A stretch of 64,000 nt of DNA from an uncultured bacterium. GTDB taxonomy: Bacteria; Abyssobacteria; SURF-5. The position numbers and the translations under genes are program-made. Of this stretch, positions 57,452 through 64,000 are shown one piece after another (positions within the stretch are counted from its first letter, which is position 1; each line of letters starts with the position of its first letter). Under the pieces are notes generated by a model. The model saw only the letters and a program-made list of their open reading frames with translations. It was not told where the DNA came from and ran no database searches. The stretch covers positions 96,001 to 160,000 of the forward strand of contig CAZSKP010000003.1 in the NCBI GenBank assembly GCA_964607485.1, given 5' to 3'.

Positions 57452-59551
57452 ATGCCGTACTACGTCGGGACCGACATCGGCGGCACCTTCACGGATTGTG
57501 TGGTTCTTGATGAGACCGGAAACATCGTCATAAGCAAGTCTCCGTCCACTCCTCCCGATTTCGCCCAGGGTCTCATGAATTCGCTTCTCGACGCGGCCGC
57601 CCAACTTGACCTGTCGGTTTCCGCTCTTCTCTCGCGGACGAAGCTCTTTTCCCACGGCTGCACCGTTGCCACAAATACGCTGATCAACCAATCCGGCGCA
57701 AAGGTGGGGGTCATAACGACAAGAGGCTTTGAAGAAACGCTTTATATCATGCGCGGTTCGGCCTATTGTCAGGGCCTCCTGGTCAGTGACTGGTATCACA
57801 AGCCACAGAATGAGCGGCCTTTCGAGATTGTTCCACTGTCGCGCATTGTTGGGATTACGGAACGCGTGGATAAAGCTGGTGATGTAATCGTGGCCATGAA
57901 TGAGGACGAAGTCAGGAGGACTGCCGAGTTTCTCATCAATGCGTGCGGCTGTGAAGCTATTGCGATTGCCTTTTTGTGGTCTTTTGTGAATCCGGCTCAT
58001 GAGAGCCGGGCCAAAAATATAATCGAGCGGGAGTTTCCCAACGTCTGTGTAAACACCAGCGCCGAGGTGGTAGCGCTGATAGGAGAATATGAGCGGTTCA
58101 GCACGGCGGTACTGAATTGCTATCTGCGTCCTGAGGTCGATACATACGTTCACGACCTGAAAGCCCGCCTCTCCGAGAGAGAACTGGCGGCGTCATTTCT
58201 TATCATGCAGGCGCATGGCGGTTTGGCGCCGTGGGAATCGGCGGCCGGGCGCGCGGTGGCTATGCTGCAGTCGGGACCGACGGGCGGGGTCATAGCGGGT
58301 AAAGCTATCGGCTCGCTCATCAGGAAAGAGAACATTATCACCGCCGACATGGGCGGCACCTCATTCGACATCAGCCTGATTGCAGAAAGCAAACTTCGCT
58401 ACACGACCAAATCTTATCATTCGCGACACGTGGTGGCGGCGCCGATGGTGGATATCGAATCCATAGGCGCGGGCGGCGGCAGCATCGCCTATGTTGATCG
58501 GAACGTCTGCAAGGTAGGCCCGCAGAGTGCAGGCGCCGATCCCGGCCCGGTTTGCTACTCGAGGGGCGGAAGCAGGCCCACTGTCACAGACGCGAACCTG
58601 GTCCTGGGTTATCTGAACCCGGAATTCTTCCTTGGCGGTAAAATGAAACTTGACACCGAGGCCGCCCGTAATGCGATCAAACGCGACGTCGCCGATCCGC
58701 TCGGCCTGACTGTGACTGAGGCCGCCTACGGCATTCATCGAATCGTCAATGCGCACATGTCCGATGCCGTCCGTTTCCATGTGCTTCACCGAGGGTATGA
58801 CCCGCGCGATTTTCACCTGCTCCTGTTCGGCGGCGCCACACCGGTTCATGCCGCGGACATTGGCGAAGACCTCGAAGTCAGGTCCATCATTATTCCACTT
58901 GCAGGAATAGCGACTGTTCTTTCGGCATTCGGCATTGTCAATACGGATGTAGTGCGTACATACTCCGCCTCTCTGTCACTCCCGCTCGAACCGGATAGCA
59001 TGGAAAGACTTGAGGAGCAATATCGGCTGCTCGAGGAACAGGGGCTTGCGGAGCTTGAGGCGGACGGATTCGAGAGGCCGAACATCGTGCTCGAACGAAG
59101 AGCAAACATCCGTTATCACCTCCAGCTTACCGAGGTCGACATTGAGCTTTCGCGAGACCCGCTTGGTGGAGATGCAGCGATAGATATCACTGAACGGTTT
59201 GACAAGCGCTACGCCGACCTGTATGGCGAAAACGCCGGATTCAAGGAGGCAGGACGCGATATCATCAGCCAGTTTGTCCGCGCCATGGCGAAAACGCCGA
59301 AAGTGAAACTCAAGAAGGCGGAGCAAAATCATTCCGGCCTTGAGTCGGCACGAAAAGGCACTCGAAACGTCTGCTTTGACGGAACGAACTTCGTGGCTGC
59401 GGATACATACGATGGTGATCTTCTGCCCGCTTACGGACAGGTATCCGGCCCAGCCGTCCTGGAAATGGCCGGAACTACCGTGCTGATTCCACCCACCTAC
59501 AGAGCCGAAATGGATGCGTATCGCAACATCTTCTTGAGGAAGAGAGGCTGA
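57452..59551 (+). CDS. Hydantoinase/oxoprolinase subunit A (ATP-binding; HyuA/AcxA-like)
   Basis: 'GTDIGGTFTD', 'HGCTVATN', 'EYERFSTAVLN', 'SGPTGG', 'DMGGTSFD', 'GAGGGS', 'GPQSAGADPGP', 'TVTDA'. Confidence 0.95.
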   Translation: MPYYVGTDIGGTFTDCVVLDETGNIVISKSPSTPPDFAQGLMNSLLDAAAQLDLSVSALLSRTKLFSHGCTVATNTLINQSGAKVGVITTRGFEETLYIMRGSAYCQGLLVSDWYHKPQNERPFEIVPLSRIVGITERVDKAGDVIVAMNEDEVRRTAEFLINACGCEAIAIAFLWSFVNPAHESRAKNIIEREFPNVCVNTSAEVVALIGEYERFSTAVLNCYLRPEVDTYVHDLKARLSERELAASFLIMQAHGGLAPWESAAGRAVAMLQSGPTGGVIAGKAIGSLIRKENIITADMGGTSFDISLIAESKLRYTTKSYHSRHVVAAPMVDIESIGAGGGSIAYVDRNVCKVGPQSAGADPGPVCYSRGGSRPTVTDANLVLGYLNPEFFLGGKMKLDTEAARNAIKRDVADPLGLTVTEAAYGIHRIVNAHMSDAVRFHVLHRGYDPRDFHLLLFGGATPVHAADIGEDLEVRSIIIPLAGIATVLSAFGIVNTDVVRTYSASLSLPLEPDSMERLEEQYRLLEEQGLAELEADGFERPNIVLERRANIRYHLQLTEVDIELSRDPLGGDAAIDITERFDKRYADLYGENAGFKEAGRDIISQFVRAMAKTPKVKLKKAEQNHSGLESARKGTRNVCFDGTNFVAADTYDGDLLPAYGQVSGPAVLEMAGTTVLIPPTYRAEMDAYRNIFLRKRG

Positions 59552-59552
59552 G

Positions 59553-61910
59553 ATGGCGCCAAAACTCAAGGAATTTGGGCGGCCCCATCCGAATCTGCCG
59601 AAGCCGCATGCGCTGCGGGCGCCGTTCACAGTGCCTGAACCGCCGGTCGAGGTGGACCCGATCACCTACGAAATCATAAAGCACCGCATCTGGTATGCCG
59701 GCCTTTCGCTCGGTGAAACGCTCAAGAAAGTATCGGGCACCATTGTCACGGCGGAGGCCAATGACATGAGTTCCTACATAACCTTGGAGGACGGCGCACC
59801 GGTCTTCATCGGGCCTTACGTCATCTTTCATTCGGGCAATTCCGACCTCATCATTTCGAATGTCATAAGGCTCAATAAGGAAGACCCCGGGATATATGAC
59901 GGCGACATGTTTTTTGTGAACGACCCCTGGCTCGGACCGGCGCATCAGCCGGATTGCGCGATCGTTGCACCAATATTCCTTGACGACAAGCTTTTCTGCT
60001 GGACCGGCCTCACGGTACACCAACTCGATCTTGGCGGCGTCGATCCCGGCGGCCTGTGCCCGAATGCTCGCAATGTCTATGCCGAGCCGACGCTGTTCCC
60101 GGCCGTCAAGATCGTCGAGCGCGGGAAATTTCGAACCGATTTCGACCGCCTGCTCCGAAGGAACTCGCGAATGCCCGGCATCGTGGCCCTGGATATCAGG
60201 TCGATGATTGCCGGCAACAACGCCTGCCGACGGGATATCCTGAAGCTGGTTGCCCAATACGGCAAGGAAGCAGTCAAATCGGTAATGATCATGATGATCA
60301 GGAAGACCTCGGAAAAATTTAAAGAACGGCTGCGGGAGTTGCCTCGCGGGACGTTTCGATGCCGCGACTGGAACGAGATTGGTGGAGCCGCCCCCGAACT
60401 GCAGGACGAGGTCTACCAGATGGAGTGCACGCTCACGAACACGGGCGAAAAATTGATATTCGACTTCTCCGGAACCTCTGTCCAGTGCACCGGCTTCGCC
60501 AATTGCGGAGTGGGCGGCATGCGGAGCGGCGTCATATCCGGGTTCGCGGAGCCGGTGGCTTTTGATATCCCTTGGAATGCGGGAATCCTGGAGAACGTGG
60601 AAATCATTTCACAGGAAGGCACCATCAACAATCCCAAATATCCCGCTGCGCTCTCCGACGGGATAACTGAAGGCGCTATCGTGACGGCGGCCGCTTCGGC
60701 CGGCGCTGTTATGAGGATGGTGCTCGGCCACCGGGAACTTCGCGACAAGACGCTCATCAACAGCGGCGCGGCTTTCCTTGGCAACACGCTTGGAGGCATG
60801 AACGAGAAGGGAGAGTTCTGGGGCACCTTGCTAATGGATGTCATCGGAATGTGTTCCATGCCGACGGGTGTTCGCGACGGTAGGGACATCACGGGCTCGG
60901 GCGGGATACCGTACACACAGTTTTCCAATGTCGAAACGAATGAATTGCATTATCCGATGCTCTACTTGTACCGAAGGCTTGGAAAAGACGCCTGGGGCCA
61001 TGGATACCACCGCGGCGGGCGCTCGATCGAGCTTGCGTTCAAGCCGCACAAGACGGGAGCAATATACATGCTCCTGTGGAACCACGGCGCTGAATTCTCA
61101 AACAGCGTGGGTCTCTCCGGCGGCCTGGGAGCCAGCGCTGTCCGGTTCAAGGTGGCCCGGAATACCGACATCGAAGAAAGATTCCTGGCAGGCTCCCTGC
61201 CTGTGAGCATCGATGAATTTCCAACGCAGGCGCTAAAGGCCAAAAGTGAAAACCTGCTCGGTTGCGATGACTTGATCTATTTCGGAGTGCCCGGTGGAGG
61301 CGGATACGGCGACCCGTTGAAGCGCGAACCCGAACGAGTCCTCGCCAATATCAAGGAAGGGATACTCACCGCTCAGGATGCACTCAAGTTTTATGGGGTT
61401 GTCGTCAAAGGGGAAGAGCCGGAAGTCGATCTTGAGGCCACCCAGGCGGAGCGGGCGCGAATACGGAAGGCGCGACTTGCTTACGGCCGATATCTCGATG
61501 AATGGGATGAGTTGACGCCTCGGGAGAACGCATCGCCGGTTTCCCCGAGACCTGTGCGCCAGAAATGCACGCCGGCAGATCCCGTTCGAGATTTGATTGC
61601 AGTGGGAATGGGATTAAAAATCGTTCGCGACGGCGCAAGCAGGCACTGGTGGGCGTGCTCCGATTGCGGGCACGTGTACTGTGCGGCCGAGGACAATCCG
61701 AAGCATGCGGCGCTCATGCAGGTAGGATATCTTTCCCAGATTTCTCACCCGACCGCAGAGATGGCCAGGCGCGACCCCCCGCGCTTCTTTCTCCGACAAT
61801 TCTATTGCCCTGTTTGCGCTCTTACGTTTGCAAACGAGATGGCGCGCGCGGACGACCCGGTACTCGATGATATTGATTACGACCCTGCCTGGCTGGCGGC
61901 ACAAGAATGA
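59553..61910 (+). CDS. Hydantoinase B/oxoprolinase subunit fused to a C-terminal acetone-carboxylase-gamma-like Zn domain
   Basis: 'VDPITYEII', 'NDPWLGPAHQPD', 'HQLDLGG', 'GGGGYGDP'; tail 'CSDCGHVYC...LRQFYCPVC..ANE'. Confidence 0.9.
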   Translation: MAPKLKEFGRPHPNLPKPHALRAPFTVPEPPVEVDPITYEIIKHRIWYAGLSLGETLKKVSGTIVTAEANDMSSYITLEDGAPVFIGPYVIFHSGNSDLIISNVIRLNKEDPGIYDGDMFFVNDPWLGPAHQPDCAIVAPIFLDDKLFCWTGLTVHQLDLGGVDPGGLCPNARNVYAEPTLFPAVKIVERGKFRTDFDRLLRRNSRMPGIVALDIRSMIAGNNACRRDILKLVAQYGKEAVKSVMIMMIRKTSEKFKERLRELPRGTFRCRDWNEIGGAAPELQDEVYQMECTLTNTGEKLIFDFSGTSVQCTGFANCGVGGMRSGVISGFAEPVAFDIPWNAGILENVEIISQEGTINNPKYPAALSDGITEGAIVTAAASAGAVMRMVLGHRELRDKTLINSGAAFLGNTLGGMNEKGEFWGTLLMDVIGMCSMPTGVRDGRDITGSGGIPYTQFSNVETNELHYPMLYLYRRLGKDAWGHGYHRGGRSIELAFKPHKTGAIYMLLWNHGAEFSNSVGLSGGLGASAVRFKVARNTDIEERFLAGSLPVSIDEFPTQALKAKSENLLGCDDLIYFGVPGGGGYGDPLKREPERVLANIKEGILTAQDALKFYGVVVKGEEPEVDLEATQAERARIRKARLAYGRYLDEWDELTPRENASPVSPRPVRQKCTPADPVRDLIAVGMGLKIVRDGASRHWWACSDCGHVYCAAEDNPKHAALMQVGYLSQISHPTAEMARRDPPRFFLRQFYCPVCALTFANEMARADDPVLDDIDYDPAWLAAQE

Positions 61911-61932
61911 CTATCGAAGGGAGGGGCGAGCC

Positions 61933-63441
61933 ATGAATCTCATGAGGGATTTCGCGAACTGGGTCGAGCGCAGACCGGAGGCGCCCGCGCTCATCCATGA
62001 AGACAGGGTCTATTCCTACGGCGAACTCATGCAGCTTATCGACAAATGTGGGCTGGCCATGAAGAAGTTGGGAGTGGGACCCGGCGAACGGGTGGCGCTC
62101 ATGATGAACAATCGGCCCGAATTCGTAGTGGCCTATCAGGCGACGGTAAAGATTGGGGCAATTATCGTTCCGATCAACACATTTCTCAAGGAGGCTGAAC
62201 TGCTGCATCAGGTGAATGATGTCGGCGCCAGAGTCTTTATCGGAAACGATTGGGCCGCCGCGCCAGTGAGCGGCATCAAAGACAAACTCGAAACCGTCGA
62301 ACAAATCATCCTCACCGGAGTTGAAGGGTACGCGGATTTTCAGGATTTCATCGGGTCTGAGCGAGGCGTACTTGAGATGTACGATGCACATGATGACGAC
62401 GTGGCCGTGATCAAATATACCGCCGGCACCACCGGCAGACCAAAGGGCGTGATGCAGACGCACGGCAGTATCTATCGCTTCATGCGCGACACCATGAACA
62501 TTCGCTCCATCGAGTCTGAGCATTGTATTCTCCTGTTCGTTCCGATGTTTCATGGGTTTGGGGACCATTGCTGCATGAATCCGGTCCTCATGTGCGGCGC
62601 CAGCTTTGTGATCATGGACCCTTTTCATCCGGATGAGATTTTTCAGGCGATTCAAGGTTACAAATGTAGATATTTCGGCTGCACCCCTTCGATGTTGTAT
62701 GGCCTCATGCATTCCGCCGATGCCGAGAAATATGACCTCTCCAGTCTTGATCAGGTTTTGACGGGAGGCGGACCGGTAACGCGTGATATCGCCGAGGGCT
62801 TCGAGCGGAAGTTCGGCATAAAAGTACTGCAGGGCTATGGCCTCTCCGAAGGGACGGCGGGGTACACCTATACCAGGCTGGACATGCCGTTCAAAGAAGG
62901 TTCATGCGGAATTCCACTGCCCGGCGTTGAATTGAAGATTGTGGACGAGCAGGGCGCTGAAGTTCCCGTTGGCCAACCCGGCGAGGTCGTGGCAAGAAGC
63001 AGCTACAACATGAAAGGATACTGGAATAATCCGGGAGAGACCGAAAAGACGATCAGGAACGAGTGGCTGCACACCGGCGACGTCGGCCGCCTGGATGAAG
63101 AAGGCTACCTGTATGTGATGGATCGCAAGAAAGACATGATCATCATGAGCGGCGAGAATATCTATCCGGTCGAGATCGAGGAGATCCTTCTGCAACATCC
63201 CGCCGTGGCTCAAGCCGCCGTAATCGGTGCGCCGGAACCCAGGCGAGGCGAAGTTCCATGCGCGGTCGTGGTGCTCCATCCGGGCGCAAGCCTGACGGAA
63301 CATGAACTGATCGAGTTCTGCAAGCCGAAGATGGCCTCTTTCAAGGTTCCGCGCATGGTCAAGTTCCGAGACAGCATGCCTTTGAGCGCGCAGTTCAAGG
63401 TCCTAAAGAGAGAGCTTCGAAGCGAGTACTTCGGCTCTTGA
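61933..63441 (+). CDS. Acyl-CoA synthetase (AMP-forming)
   Basis: 'YTAGTTGRPKG', 'QGYGLSE', 'WLHTGDVG', 'GENIYPVEIE'. Confidence 0.95.
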   Translation: MNLMRDFANWVERRPEAPALIHEDRVYSYGELMQLIDKCGLAMKKLGVGPGERVALMMNNRPEFVVAYQATVKIGAIIVPINTFLKEAELLHQVNDVGARVFIGNDWAAAPVSGIKDKLETVEQIILTGVEGYADFQDFIGSERGVLEMYDAHDDDVAVIKYTAGTTGRPKGVMQTHGSIYRFMRDTMNIRSIESEHCILLFVPMFHGFGDHCCMNPVLMCGASFVIMDPFHPDEIFQAIQGYKCRYFGCTPSMLYGLMHSADAEKYDLSSLDQVLTGGGPVTRDIAEGFERKFGIKVLQGYGLSEGTAGYTYTRLDMPFKEGSCGIPLPGVELKIVDEQGAEVPVGQPGEVVARSSYNMKGYWNNPGETEKTIRNEWLHTGDVGRLDEEGYLYVMDRKKDMIIMSGENIYPVEIEEILLQHPAVAQAAVIGAPEPRRGEVPCAVVVLHPGASLTEHELIEFCKPKMASFKVPRMVKFRDSMPLSAQFKVLKRELRSEYFGS

Positions 63442-63456
63442 GGAGGTGGATTCACG

Positions 63457-64000
63457 ATGGAACAGAATGAACGAAGAATCGCCGAGGAAAAAGAGAGATG
63501 GGAGCGCGAGCAGAAAATACATGATATTCCGCCGTTGAATACCGACACAATGGGGTACGAACATAAGGTGGTTTACACTCCCGCCGATGTCGATCCTTCT
63601 TCCTATCTCGGACAGGTGGGTTTCCCGGGCGAATTTCCGTACACTCGCGGCGTGTATCCCGCCATGTACCGAAAGGCACTCATGCGATTTCCCCAGTACT
63701 CGGGATTCGGCACGCCGGAGGATACGAACAACCGCTGGAAATACCTCATCAGTCACGGGCAGATGACGGTGAACCTTGCTTTTGATCTTCCGACTCACAT
63801 CGGTCACGATTCGGACGATCCGGAGATCGAGGACGAAGTGGGCAGGGTCGGCGTAGCTATCGATTCGCTGCGCGATTTCGAGGTGCTTTTTGATGGAATC
63901 CCGCTCGTGCCCGCCTTTTTCAATACGATGGGGCCGGCATCGATCCTGCTGGCTATGTACATCGCGATGGGAGAGAAGAAGGATATTCCTCCTTCCAGTG
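63457..64000 (+). CDS. B12-dependent acyl-CoA mutase large subunit, N-terminal part (truncated by window end; not in ORF track)
   Basis: RBS AGGAGG; translates '...GFPGEFPYTRGVYPAMYR..RFPQYSGFGTPEDTN.RWKYL..GQMTVNLAFDLPT..GHDSD..EVGRVGVAIDS'. Confidence 0.92.
   Translation, partial: MEQNERRIAEEKERWEREQKIHDIPPLNTDTMGYEHKVVYTPADVDPSSYLGQVGFPGEFPYTRGVYPAMYRKALMRFPQYSGFGTPEDTNNRWKYLISHGQMTVNLAFDLPTHIGHDSDDPEIEDEVGRVGVAIDSLRDFEVLFDGIPLVPAFFNTMGPASILLAMYIAMGEKKDIPPSS

Noticed and set aside
1-64000. CRISPR array, rRNA, integrase or transposase genes
   Set aside because: No regularly spaced repeats or recognisable genes of these types seen in the window

Overview
64 kb of a GC-rich bacterial chromosome, probably from an anaerobe. 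(1) 1-4.4 kb: a solute-binding protein / histidine kinase / response regulator / hybrid kinase relay. (2) 4.4-29.4 kb: a large cell-surface glycan modification region. It holds a VioA-like sugar aminotransferase and a lower-GC acyl-building cassette (SDR, ACP, AMP-ligase, LuxE, LuxC, hexapeptide acyltransferase) with no luxAB. It also holds an O-methyltransferase, an ArnC-like GT2, an SGNH protein and five GT-C-like membrane proteins, including a mosaic tandem triplet of YfhO-family genes, one frameshifted in a G8 tract, plus several gene remnants. (3) 29.7-55.7 kb: mostly core genes: core methionine synthase + BtuFC behind a structured leader, Nif3, tsaE, rpsU (missed by the ORF track), exeAB, ppiD, yqeY, ilvD + ThDP enzyme, yicC-remA-gmk-rpoZ-coaBC, and a candidate sigma54 two-gene unit. 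(4) A tRNA-Pro 3' fragment at 55.83 kb marks a probable genomic-island boundary. Beyond it lies an XRE-cupin-led catabolic operon: hydantoinase/oxoprolinase A, hydantoinase B fused to an acetone-carboxylase-gamma-like domain, an acyl-CoA ligase and an atypical B12-dependent acyl-CoA mutase (cut by the window edge). The best candidates for undescribed systems are this operon and the LuxCE/ACP-aminosugar-GT-C pathway. All assignments come from motif recognition by eye; no searches were run.
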